Positions 1 through 9,313 of a stretch of 51,371 bases of DNA are shown here, one piece after another. Every line of letters starts with the position of its first letter. Positions within the stretch are counted from its first letter, which is position 1. Source of the stretch: Candidatus Gastranaerophilales bacterium (GTDB taxonomy: Bacteria; Cyanobacteriota; Vampirovibrionia; Gastranaerophilales; Gastranaerophilaceae); assembly GCA_944326125.1 (NCBI GenBank), contig CALVCR010000034.1, positions 1 through 51,371 of the forward strand, read 5' to 3'. A program made the translations under genes and the position numbers. The notes beneath the pieces were generated by a model. The model had not been told where the DNA came from. It did no database searches and saw nothing but the letters and a program-made list of their open reading frames with translations.

Positions 1-87
1 AAGATTTTTGTACTTAACTCTTTGCACTGCAATGACAGCAGCCAGTATAACCAATACAATAACTGCAACGGTCAGTAATGCACTCAT
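1..87 (-). CDS. Partial CDS (runs off the window edge) with an N-terminal transmembrane anchor, MSALLTVAVIVLVILAAVIAVQRVKYKNL...; an RNase Y-like start is possible but unproven
   Basis: ATG at 87 (minus) preceded by purine-rich GGAAAAGGTG; 29 open codons with a hydrophobic helix followed by basic residues; absent from the ORF track because it is truncated. Confidence 0.6.
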   Translation of the reverse strand, partial: MSALLTVAVIVLVILAAVIAVQRVKYKNL

Positions 88-270
88 TTAGCACCTTTTC
101 CTTTTCTATTTTTTTATATATACACGACATCCGGGCACATATAACCTACCCGGCAACTTTTTTTATTAAATACTCAGTCTTTTTATCGCATATATCTTCA
201 AAAATTTTATCTACTACTATGTTCTTATCATATCATATAATGCTGATTTTGTACATAAATATTACGAACG

Positions 271-840
271 TTAAGATTTTACCTTAATGGCTCCCCAAGC
301 TCTTATAAAACCTTTTTCGTAAAATAACAGGTAATATCCGCCCTCTTTAACGTATTCTATAGAAGCTTCCATATGAATATATTCTTTGGGCGGCGGGGTA
401 GCTCCGGTTTGAGCATATTTTTTTTCTACAATATCATCAAACCTTTTTTTTCTTTTTTTTGCCCGTTCTTCTTTTTTTAATTCTTTAATTTCTGATTTGG
501 TAAGTTCCCTGTTTTGATCTCTGTATTTTTTTAACTCTTCTTCGTTTTCTGCGAGTTTAAAAACCGGAACCACAGCGATTAGGTTTTTGGATTCAATGAT
601 GTAAAGAAACTCTCTGTCATCGGAAAGCGCAAGATCATAGTGCCCCGGTTTAATAAAATTTCCGTTGTAATCGGGAATATAGTCTTTTATTGTAAGGGTT
701 GGTTGTTCTTCTGCAGGAATGGAAAACCTATAATAACTCTCTTGACCGATTGTAACTCCTGACGGTATTGCAGGATAGGGTGCACATGGTGCAAGGTAGT
801 CAAAATCTCTAATTGCTGGTGTTACTATTCCGTCTATCAT
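271..840 (-). CDS. Hypothetical protein with a basic coiled-coil insert
   Basis: 189-aa ORF; start overlaps the rnpA stop (ATGA), implying translational coupling. Confidence 0.75.
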   Translation of the reverse strand: MIDGIVTPAIRDFDYLAPCAPYPAIPSGVTIGQESYYRFSIPAEEQPTLTIKDYIPDYNGNFIKPGHYDLALSDDREFLYIIESKNLIAVVPVFKLAENEEELKKYRDQNRELTKSEIKELKKEERAKKRKKRFDDIVEKKYAQTGATPPPKEYIHMEASIEYVKEGGYYLLFYEKGFIRAWGAIKVKS

Positions 841-1181
841 AATAAACCTATAAGTTTTTTTATTCCGGAGTCAATTTCCGAAAAATTTTTATTTAAACAT
901 TTGGATGATGCAGTGAAAATTACGGATAAGTATTGTGTTGTAAATCCGTTTTCTTTTATATAAAGCCGTACGCTTTCTCTCATTAAGCGTTTTATCCTGT
1001 TTCTTTTAACTGCACGTTTGTGTATTTTTTTGCTAACAACAAAACCTATTTTTGCCGGTATATCATTTTCTTTTTTCTTTCCGCAGAACATTGTAATTCC
1101 GTCTCTGTGAAAAGATATCCCGGTTTTGTATGTAGCATTAAACGCTGTTCTTTTTTTTAGTCTGTATTCTTTTTGCAGCAT
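837..1181 (-). CDS. rnpA: Ribonuclease P protein component
   Basis: RLKKRTAF N-terminus, IGFVVSKK and the RNR motif KRAVKRNRIKRLMRE. Confidence 0.96.
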   Translation of the reverse strand: MLQKEYRLKKRTAFNATYKTGISFHRDGITMFCGKKKENDIPAKIGFVVSKKIHKRAVKRNRIKRLMRESVRLYIKENGFTTQYLSVIFTASSKCLNKNFSEIDSGIKKLIGLL

Positions 1182-1247
1182 AGTTTAATGATATAATACA
1201 TTGTTTTAATTGTACAGTTTTTAGGGATTTTTAATCTTCAGATAATG

Positions 1248-1265
1248 TATGTAAATATTTGTAAA
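1248..1265 (-). promoter_or_regulatory. HLR1-type direct repeat (putative RpaB/OmpR-family site) TTTACAAA-TA-TTTACATA
   Basis: Perfect match to (G/T)TTACA(T/A)(T/A)-N2-(G/T)TTACA(T/A)(T/A) in the divergent intergenic region between rnpA and the 1332 ORF. Confidence 0.6.
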
Positions 1266-1331
1266 TATTTATCTCAGAAAATTAAAGATTCCGTATTTTG
1301 TGCCGTAAACCAAAATATAAGGAGTAAAACT

Positions 1332-1889
1332 ATGTCTGAAGAATTTCGCGTTGAAAAAAGTTCAAATAATAACAATCAGGTTCCCGGTGAAAAAAAGGTT
1401 ATTGATGAAGCAAATTACATGGTGTTCAGGGCAAAAGAAAAAGGTCCTACAGCCGTAGGTAGGGGTGGGGACCCTTTGTATGTTAATATCAAGGCGACTT
1501 CTGAACAGTTAGCAGAGCTGCTTGAAGAAACACAGACAGTTCAAGATTGGGTTCAGAGAGAAACCAGTAATAATGTAGCAATAAGCTGTCTTGATAATGA
1601 AAACCTTAAAGAATTGTATTACGAGATGAAAGACGGGTTTGGCGAATACGGCCCGATGTCTCTAATGGGATTTAAAACTCCTCAAGGAGTTGAAATTCCC
1701 CGTCTAAAATTATATGATTCAAACGGAGAAGTTATTGAAGTTTTGACAGGTCCTATGGCAATGGATGAGCTAAATAAACGAGCTCTTGCATATAGATCCT
1801 CTGTTCATGAATATTCCGGTGTGGCTGCTGACACGGATTCAGAAGGTATGATTCAGGACTATTCAGGTAACCCTGACGACTACGTATAA
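1332..1889 (+). CDS. Hypothetical acidic protein
   Basis: ORF track gives 1245, but AAGGAG SD directly precedes ATG 1332 (MSEEFRVE); no family recognised. Confidence 0.75.
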   Translation: MSEEFRVEKSSNNNNQVPGEKKVIDEANYMVFRAKEKGPTAVGRGGDPLYVNIKATSEQLAELLEETQTVQDWVQRETSNNVAISCLDNENLKELYYEMKDGFGEYGPMSLMGFKTPQGVEIPRLKLYDSNGEVIEVLTGPMAMDELNKRALAYRSSVHEYSGVAADTDSEGMIQDYSGNPDDYV

Positions 1890-1913
1890 AAAATACGTTT
1901 ATTTTAATATTAT

Positions 1914-4865
1914 TTACCCCTTACCCCCGCCGATGGTAATACCGTTAAGTTTGCAGAATGACAGCAGCAAATTTAATTCTTCTTTTATTGTTTTTTGTAT
2001 AACCGGCTGCTCGGATACAATTGAGAGGTTCTTAGCAAGCTGGAATATTTTCAAAGCTTGTTTTATATAATCGTTTCTTTTGCTTGACTTAGGAAGTGCA
2101 AGTTCTTGATATAATTTTGCATTTTGGAGATAGTTGTTAAGAAGTATAAATTCAAGTCCAAACTGCTTAGCTATCATAATTGATTTTTCTATATAAACTT
2201 TTGCAGACTCAAAGTCTTGTTTTGCAAGGTAAATTTCACCTATTAATCTGTTAAATAAAGCTATGAAATAATAGTTGTTTATATTTGGCCCCTGGGCTAT
2301 GTCCAGAGCTTTTGTTGCTATATCAAGTGCAAACTGTGTTCCGTTTGTAATGAGCTTTATTTCCGCTATTAAGTACCAGGATAATAAAACTCCGGTAGCC
2401 ACTTTTGTTTTAGCAAAATATGAAACCTGTTCTTCCAGTATTTCAAGAGCTTTCTTTGTTTGGCCGCCGTCTTTTAGAATTTTTGCAAGCAATGTTTTTA
2501 ATATGTTCTTTGTAAAGTTATCATTAACATTATTTGCATACGCGGTAACATTAAACAGTTCTGTATAAAGTGTATTATAATCTTTTTCAAAGAATTTATT
2601 TAAAATATCAATAAAGTTCCATCTGGATACGATAAATGAATCCATATTGTCAAGCTGGTAGTCTTTAAGCAAGTCATCAAGAACCTTTTTAGAATTTTTA
2701 AAATCACCTTTTATCGTATTAGCTAAGGCTATAAGAAGATATAATCTGCATGTAACCGCAGGTTCCGTTGTTTGATTCTTTTCAAGAATATCTCCGATAC
2801 TTTGAATGACATCAAACATTTTTCCGTCACCTTGAAAGATTAGAGCTTCTGCAAAGTCAAAATAGATTCCCAACCATGTTTCATACAAATCAGAGATTCT
2901 TATAACCGGCAAATCCTTCCCTTTAGAAAGTACTTTTTCAATTTCAGGCAAAAGTTCTGTCTCTATTAAGGTAATAAGTTGTCCGTAATTTCCTAATCTA
3001 AGTAGAGGGGTAACTTGTCTGGATTTTATCAGAATTTTTTCAAATCTCATTTCGTCGGGTAATTTATTTAGAACGCTGTCTGTGCATTCAATAGCTCCCC
3101 AATAGTTTCCTGATTTCATTGAACAAGATGCCAGATAACCTAACAATTCAATATGTTCGGCTTCTTCCGTATCTTCAAGCATCATTATTGCAGTTTGAAG
3201 ATATTCAAATGCGGACTTATAATCAATAGGTTCCAGAAGCTTTCCGACTCTGGTGTAAATATTTTTCTTAACTTTTTGGTAGAAAGGACTTGTCTTATTT
3301 TCAATAAGCTTGAGAGCTTGTTTTTGAGTTATGATGTATAAGCCGATATCTCCTATATAGCTGGCCTGCTTCATTAAAAGTGTCCATATTTCAAAAGCAT
3401 GGTCATTATTGTTTAATTTCTGGACGATATAACCTAATAAAGCTATAGAAGATTGCTTGTATATGCTTAAAGTTTCATAGAGAATATTTAAGATCTCTTC
3501 AAAACTTTCATCATTTTTTACATTAGCAACAATCAATTTCCATATGTCGCTGCTCTTAAATTCAAATGAAAGATTATTTATTTGGGTAATAAAGCCTAAA
3601 TCTACAAGAGATTCAATTATCCGTTCAAATTCCTGAGATGGGTTGTTATCAAAATTTTCTAACATTGCCGGATAGAATTTTTTCCCCAAAACAGACATTG
3701 CTATTAAAATTCTGTATGCATGCAAGTCCGCTTGTTTAAGAATGTTTAATCTAATATTGATAATGTCTTCCAAAGAGTTGTAAGACGGTGTTTTAAAATT
3801 ATTTCTTCTGAGATCGTGGTATAAAAGAACAATTTGTTCAACAACAGAAGGATTTCCGTTTGCAATATTTATTGTTTTTTCAATAAAAGGCTTTTCAAAT
3901 TTTATTCCGCTATACTGTCCGAGCAGCGATTCTATTTGGTTTTGAGAAAACGGAGCTATATTTAAATCTATATAATTTGCTGCTTCTAATAAAGGAGACG
4001 GCAGTCTGCCAAGCCCCGGCTTAGCATCTGCTGAAATTAATATAAATTTGCTTCTTTCCAGCACTAATTCTTCTTTTAAAAGTTCTTCTAAAAAGTCATA
4101 GGACATTCCGTCAATGTATTCAAAGTTATCAATAATAAATACGACTTTCATTTTTTCTATGATAGTCAGAACAACTTTTTTCATAATATTAAACATTTTT
4201 GCCTTGTTGTAATAAATATTTTCATATTTATCCATATCTTCCGGATACAAAAAGTTTAATAGATCCAATATTTCATTGTTTGTAAGTGATGGAAAATCCT
4301 GTTTAAAAAATCTGAGAGAATTTTTCTTTAACTGCAAAGTATCCGGGCAGAAATTATTAATATTAAAAAAGTTTAAAAATAAATCTTGGAAAAAACCGAA
4401 AGGAGAAAGCTGGGTTATTTGCGTACAGCTTCCAATCATCCATATTAGTTTGGCTTTTTTCAATTCATTTATGCTGTATCTTAAAACCAGATTTTTCCCA
4501 AAACCGCTTTCACCGCCAATGGTAATAACTTTTGTATCAGCATTTTTTATAGATTCCAAAAGTTTAGTTTTTACTTTCTGCTGGGAGCACATATTAGCAG
4601 TGTATGCAGGTAATATAGTTTGCTCTTTTTCTTCTTTTTTGTCTAAGTTAGTTTTGCACTTGCGGCACAACTTTGTTGTAGGAAGATTTGCAGCCCCGCA
4701 TTCAGGACATATTTTTAATAATATGTTTCCGCAGCCGGAGCATTCTTTTGCTGTTATAGGATTATAAGTTCCGCAAGATTTGCATATCGACCCGACTTTT
4801 GCACCGCAAAAGCTGCATTTTAAAGAATTGTCTTCAATTTCTTTTTTGCATCTGGGACATTGCAT
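1914..4865 (-). CDS. Zinc-ribbon + STAND-type (AAA_16/MalT-like) NTPase + TPR-like helical protein
   Basis: Six CxxC at the N-terminus; Walker A GESGFGKN; Walker B VFIIDNFEYID; GNP motif (ANGNPSVVEQ), IINIRLNIL, MSVLGKKF; helical repeat C-half. Confidence 0.8.
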   Translation of the reverse strand: MQCPRCKKEIEDNSLKCSFCGAKVGSICKSCGTYNPITAKECSGCGNILLKICPECGAANLPTTKLCRKCKTNLDKKEEKEQTILPAYTANMCSQQKVKTKLLESIKNADTKVITIGGESGFGKNLVLRYSINELKKAKLIWMIGSCTQITQLSPFGFFQDLFLNFFNINNFCPDTLQLKKNSLRFFKQDFPSLTNNEILDLLNFLYPEDMDKYENIYYNKAKMFNIMKKVVLTIIEKMKVVFIIDNFEYIDGMSYDFLEELLKEELVLERSKFILISADAKPGLGRLPSPLLEAANYIDLNIAPFSQNQIESLLGQYSGIKFEKPFIEKTINIANGNPSVVEQIVLLYHDLRRNNFKTPSYNSLEDIINIRLNILKQADLHAYRILIAMSVLGKKFYPAMLENFDNNPSQEFERIIESLVDLGFITQINNLSFEFKSSDIWKLIVANVKNDESFEEILNILYETLSIYKQSSIALLGYIVQKLNNNDHAFEIWTLLMKQASYIGDIGLYIITQKQALKLIENKTSPFYQKVKKNIYTRVGKLLEPIDYKSAFEYLQTAIMMLEDTEEAEHIELLGYLASCSMKSGNYWGAIECTDSVLNKLPDEMRFEKILIKSRQVTPLLRLGNYGQLITLIETELLPEIEKVLSKGKDLPVIRISDLYETWLGIYFDFAEALIFQGDGKMFDVIQSIGDILEKNQTTEPAVTCRLYLLIALANTIKGDFKNSKKVLDDLLKDYQLDNMDSFIVSRWNFIDILNKFFEKDYNTLYTELFNVTAYANNVNDNFTKNILKTLLAKILKDGGQTKKALEILEEQVSYFAKTKVATGVLLSWYLIAEIKLITNGTQFALDIATKALDIAQGPNINNYYFIALFNRLIGEIYLAKQDFESAKVYIEKSIMIAKQFGLEFILLNNYLQNAKLYQELALPKSSKRNDYIKQALKIFQLAKNLSIVSEQPVIQKTIKEELNLLLSFCKLNGITIGGGKG

Positions 4866-4872
4866 TAAACTC

Positions 4873-6276
4873 TTATTCCTTTACTAATAAGGATATCTCT
4901 ATTAAAGTATCTATGACTTTTTCTTTATCTTGATTAAGTTCTTTGCAGATTTCTTCAACTGTATATCCTTTGTTGTATCTAAGTTTGTATAGTTCAAATA
5001 CATTTGAATCAGGCTCTTTTTTATTTATAACATCAAGAGCTTCTGTTACATCATTCTCATTCCATACGGATTCAAACGTGCTCGGATCAAAATCGAAAAG
5101 AGAATAATCCGGTCCGTTTGCTGAAACAGCTGCAGGTTCAGATTGCAAGGTTTCTTCTGCTTTTTCATCCTCTGCTTCTTCAAATGAATTGTTCAATTCT
5201 ACCGGCTCTAAATCTTCAACAACAGAACTTTCAAGGCTTAACTCTTCAACTTCCGTATCGGCAGCAAAATCAAGTTCTGTATCTTCCTGGAAAGAAATAT
5301 TGTTATCTTCGACTAAAGATTCCGGCTCTTCTGCCAAAGCCTCTGTTTCGATTAATTCAGGAGTCATTATTTCTAAAGAATCTGCCTGCTGTTCGGGTAT
5401 TAAATCGTCTGGCGCTTCTGTTTCCGCCAAATCCACGGAATCATCGATTTCAGATTCTGCAAGAATATTGTCAGTTTCTTCCGGTAGTGTGATTTCTGCA
5501 ATTGAATCCGGTTGAATGTCTTCAGAATCTGACTCAGAGATGAAAGATTCCTGTATATCTTTAGTTTCTTCAGGAATTTCAATGGTTTCAGTATTATCTT
5601 CTTCAAAAACAGGAATATCTTGAATTTCATCCAGCGGCTCAACTTCTTCTTGCACAGATTCTTCTAATGTCTCATTAACACCTATGGAGAGTTCTTCTGT
5701 TGGTGTTAAAACTTCTTCTGCTAAGGTATCATTTTCGTTTTCTTGTGAAGAAAACTCCTCTGCTTCTGTTATTACAGGCTCTTGCTCTTCTTCTGCAATT
5801 AGCTCCGGTATTTCTTCCTGTATATTAGGTTCTTGCAATTCAAAGGATTTTTCTTCATATGCCGGAGTCTCTGTTTCAGACTCAATGTTTGCTCCAGAAG
5901 TTTCCGGACCGTTAATCATTTTATCCACAAGTTCGGTATTAACCGTATGTTTTTCTCTTTCAAGTAATGCTGCTTTTCTTGCTGCTGTTCTTGCTTCTGC
6001 AGCCGCTTTTCTTGCTGCAACGATAGCATCTACAGCTCCTGATGACCGTGATCTTGAAACTTTATTCAGTTTTTTTGATACTGTAATAATGGAAGTAGAT
6101 ATAACTTTTTCAAGGTAAGCCGATACGACATCTTCATTTGTTACTGAGTTTAATACAACCTTTGCATGGTTATATACGTCTTCTGCAATGTCATTTAAGA
6201 TGTCTTCATGTCCGGGAAATTTATTATTTTCCTTGATTAATTCTATAATTAAATCATAATACTTATTATTTTCCAT
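4873..6276 (-). CDS. Sigma-70/ECF-like protein with a long Glu/Asp-rich linker
   Basis: N-term DIAEDVYNHA...SAYLEKVISTSII resembles ECF region 2; C-term VFELYKLRYNKGYTVEEICKELNQDKEKV resembles region 4 HTH; acidic low-complexity middle. The CDS is certain, the product call is tentative. Confidence 0.55.
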   Translation of the reverse strand: MENNKYYDLIIELIKENNKFPGHEDILNDIAEDVYNHAKVVLNSVTNEDVVSAYLEKVISTSIITVSKKLNKVSRSRSSGAVDAIVAARKAAAEARTAARKAALLEREKHTVNTELVDKMINGPETSGANIESETETPAYEEKSFELQEPNIQEEIPELIAEEEQEPVITEAEEFSSQENENDTLAEEVLTPTEELSIGVNETLEESVQEEVEPLDEIQDIPVFEEDNTETIEIPEETKDIQESFISESDSEDIQPDSIAEITLPEETDNILAESEIDDSVDLAETEAPDDLIPEQQADSLEIMTPELIETEALAEEPESLVEDNNISFQEDTELDFAADTEVEELSLESSVVEDLEPVELNNSFEEAEDEKAEETLQSEPAAVSANGPDYSLFDFDPSTFESVWNENDVTEALDVINKKEPDSNVFELYKLRYNKGYTVEEICKELNQDKEKVIDTLIEISLLVKE

Positions 6277-6294
6277 AAATTCTCTATTCCCATA

Positions 6295-8475
6295 TTACAA
6301 ATGAATTACCAGAACAGGGTTGCCTGTTATATTGCCGAATGAACTTGTATTCATTCTAAGGTTTATATCTAAAGCATTATTAACGGTCTTAAGGATAATA
6401 TCATCTACAGTTTTTTCACCGCTGGATTCTATGATTCCTTTAACCTCAAATTTCTTTGTGTTTTTATTATATTCAACTTCTACAGATATCTTGTTTGTTA
6501 TAGGAGGTTTGCTAAGTAATAAAAGTTCTGTTTTTAAGTTGAGCTGTATAATTTTCCCGAGTTTGAGGAAATATCTTTTAGCTGTGTTATTTGAAACATA
6601 TCCGCTAGGAACTTCCCAGTTAACTGATAAATTGGAAACAAGAATTGATGCGTCCAGATTTTGTTCTATTGCAGGGATTGATACAGAAGCTGCTTCTTCT
6701 GTTGCAGCCGGTTTCTGTATGTTTTCAACTGTTTCAACAGGCATTGCTTCCTGTACAGGAGGTTTCTTTGGTGTGTTTTGCTTAGGGCGAGCAGTTTGTT
6801 CTATGTCATTTGCCGGTAACGGTAATTCTGACGGCGCCGGATTTGCAAATTTGGTATAACTGAAATATCCTATAGCTCCTAATACAGCTATGACTCCAAC
6901 TACAGGAATTAATTTTGAATTCTTTTTCTTCGGTGCAATAACTGTATTATCAATCTCTTCTTCTTCCGGTGTTTGGTTGAAAAGTGTATCAATTTGAGGT
7001 GCTGTTTCATCTTGTGCGGATGGTTCATTGTCCTCAACACCGGTCTGCACATCTTCTTGACTCGGTTCATTATCGAGAAGAGTTTCTAAATTATTCATGT
7101 CAACTTCACCGTCTTCTATAGAGCTAATACTAGGTGTTGTTTCCGTTGAATAATTGAATTCGTTTTGGGCTGCGCTTGCAACAGTGTTCTCTTGCTCCCT
7201 TGTTGTTTCAGAAATATATTCCGGTATTTCGTTATCAGTGATATTCTCAGAAGTTTCTTCTTCATCTTGTATCAGTATTTCCGGTGCATATTCTTTAATT
7301 TCTTCTTCAATTACCGGTTCTTGATCGTCTTCTATACCTATATTTTCATACTCAAGGGTATTGATTTGATTATCTTCCGTAGCTATTGTGCCGAGAGATT
7401 CCGGTTCTTCAGGCACCAATGTTATATTAGATGCGTCAAGATTAATATTTTCATTTTCAGATTCATTCTCTGATAAATCTTCGGATATAACTTCATTGTC
7501 AGAAGTATTGACGGATATTTCAGTTAAGTCCTCAACTTCTCCGCCGGTAAAATCTTCTAAATCGGCTACGGAATTCGAGTCTTCAAGATCAAAACTAACA
7601 GTATTTGCAGTTAAATCTAAATCCTCAACTGGTTCAACAGATTCTTCAAGCTCTCCGATTGGTTCAATAGAATCAGAAGCGAGATTAATATCATCTGCCA
7701 GATTTAAATCAACCGGACCATCCGTTTCAAGGGATAATGTTTCCGGTGAATTTATATCAATGGAAAGTTCTTCTTGTGCTTCTTCCGGTAATGATTTATT
7801 ATTTGAAAAACTTTCAGTAGTTGTCTTTGTAACTGATATATAATTAAATATATTTTGAGCTTTCGCAGCTACAGCAAGTCTTTCTCTGGCATCCTTTGAG
7901 TTTATAAGTTCTTGATAGAACTCATCTATATTTTCCATAGATCCATCCAGGAAGGAAAATACTTTTTGATCAATATCATCTACAAATTCAGGCGCCGGTT
8001 TATCAATTAGCAATGGCTCTATATCATAAAAAGATGTTAACTGCTCCTCATTAACTTTATAGTATCCGTTGCTCTCATTTTCAGTATTTATTTCATTAGA
8101 GAGAACAAAACCGGTTACTGTACCTCCGGATAAATCCGGTGTGAGTTTGATAAACATAAAGGCAGATGGCTCTATTCCTTTATCATAAAGACTTTTAGGA
8201 ACGCACATCTCATTATCATTAAAATAAAGCCTTACATCTATATAACAGTTATTTATGTAAATATCTGCAATTTCCAGATTATTTAAAACATAAGATATGT
8301 TATGAAGACCTGACTTGGTGTCTACTTCAATTTCAGTAAAATATTTTTCTGCTATATTCCCCGCAACAGCATTTGCAACCGCACGATTCCTCTTTTCAGG
8401 ATCTTCAATATACTTGCAAATATCTCTTGCAAAATCCAAATCAATTTCTTCTATTAAAAAATTATCATTATTCAC
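6295..8475 (-). CDS. DUF1822-like / anti-sigma-like / acidic linker / TM / TonB-TolA C-terminal-like protein
   Basis: Probable GTG start at 8475 after GAGGGAG (track starts 8511); PEKRNRAVANAVA..IADIYI..IDVR..CVP..FIKLTPDLSGGTVTGF is DUF1822-like; TM LIPVVGVIAVLGAIGYFSY; Pro-rich spacer; IIESSGEKTVDD is TonB_C-like. Confidence 0.65.
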   Translation of the reverse strand: MNNDNFLIEEIDLDFARDICKYIEDPEKRNRAVANAVAGNIAEKYFTEIEVDTKSGLHNISYVLNNLEIADIYINNCYIDVRLYFNDNEMCVPKSLYDKGIEPSAFMFIKLTPDLSGGTVTGFVLSNEINTENESNGYYKVNEEQLTSFYDIEPLLIDKPAPEFVDDIDQKVFSFLDGSMENIDEFYQELINSKDARERLAVAAKAQNIFNYISVTKTTTESFSNNKSLPEEAQEELSIDINSPETLSLETDGPVDLNLADDINLASDSIEPIGELEESVEPVEDLDLTANTVSFDLEDSNSVADLEDFTGGEVEDLTEISVNTSDNEVISEDLSENESENENINLDASNITLVPEEPESLGTIATEDNQINTLEYENIGIEDDQEPVIEEEIKEYAPEILIQDEEETSENITDNEIPEYISETTREQENTVASAAQNEFNYSTETTPSISSIEDGEVDMNNLETLLDNEPSQEDVQTGVEDNEPSAQDETAPQIDTLFNQTPEEEEIDNTVIAPKKKNSKLIPVVGVIAVLGAIGYFSYTKFANPAPSELPLPANDIEQTARPKQNTPKKPPVQEAMPVETVENIQKPAATEEAASVSIPAIEQNLDASILVSNLSVNWEVPSGYVSNNTAKRYFLKLGKIIQLNLKTELLLLSKPPITNKISVEVEYNKNTKKFEVKGIIESSGEKTVDDIILKTVNNALDINLRMNTSSFGNITGNPVLVIHL

Positions 8476-8641
8476 CGGACACTCTCCCTCACTATGAGGT
8501 AATGATACCATATTGTAAAAAAAAAATCCATATTTTTGACTTATCGGATAAAAATATTAAACCATATAGTGTATTTTTCATAAATTATTTGAAGAAATAT
8601 TACAGATTTTCCGTATATGTGGATGAAAGGATAAATTAAAC

Positions 8642-9307
8642 ATGTTTTCAGCAATGATTCAAAATCTGTTATCGTCATCAGGGCAAACAAGTGCAATGCA
8701 GCGAGCAGCACAGATGAATAGTTATATAAATCGATTGAATTCTCAGTGGACTCCTGTCGAAGTTAATTCGGCTCAAGCTGCCGCTAATAAATCTAATATA
8801 GAATCTTTTGATAAAGTTTTAAAATCCTCTGCCCAAACAAAATTTGGAGATTTGCTGATTAATCCGGCAACGAGAGTTAACGCTTCAATTTATACGAATA
8901 AGGCAGAAGGTGCTTCTAAAGATTATTCTACAAAATCTAAAATCAAGGAGCTTATATCTAGAGTGTCCAAAAGGCATGGCGTTGATGAAAAACTCGTAAA
9001 TGCTTTGGTTAATCAAGAATCCGGTTTTAATCCAAATGCGAAATCTAGAGTTGGTGCCTTAGGCCTTATGCAGCTTATGCCTGCAACTGCAAAAGGTTTA
9101 GGTGTTACCAACCCTCTTGATCCAGAACAGAATGTAGATGGTGGTGTTAGATATTTAAAATCAATGCTCAACCGTTACAACGGCAACGTTATACTTGCTC
9201 TGGCTGCTTATAATGCGGGACCGGGTGCTGTTGATAAGTATGATGGAGTTCCTCCGTATAAAGAAACTCAAAATTACGTCCGCTCTATATTATCAAGTTA
9301 TCTATAG
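8642..9307 (+). CDS. Soluble lytic transglycosylase (SLT domain)
   Basis: [31 protein letters not shown] and [10 protein letters not shown] motifs. Confidence 0.95.
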   Translation: MFSAMIQNLLSSSGQTSAMQRAAQMNSYINRLNSQWTPVEVNSAQAAANKSNIESFDKVLKSSAQTKFGDLLINPATRVNASIYTNKAEGASKDYSTKSKIKELISRVSKRHGVDEKLVNALVNQESGFNPNAKSRVGALGLMQLMPATAKGLGVTNPLDPEQNVDGGVRYLKSMLNRYNGNVILALAAYNAGPGAVDKYDGVPPYKETQNYVRSILSSYL

Positions 9308-9313
9308 ACTGAT

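Noticed and set aside
78-287. 69-aa plus-strand ORF
   Set aside because: Overlaps the promoter/leader of a better-supported minus-strand gene; no SD, and composition typical of AT-rich non-coding DNA
8517-8526. A10 run in the divergent promoter between the sigma-like operon and the transglycosylase
   Set aside because: A/T homopolymers of this length are common in this AT-rich sequence; no further evidence for phase variation
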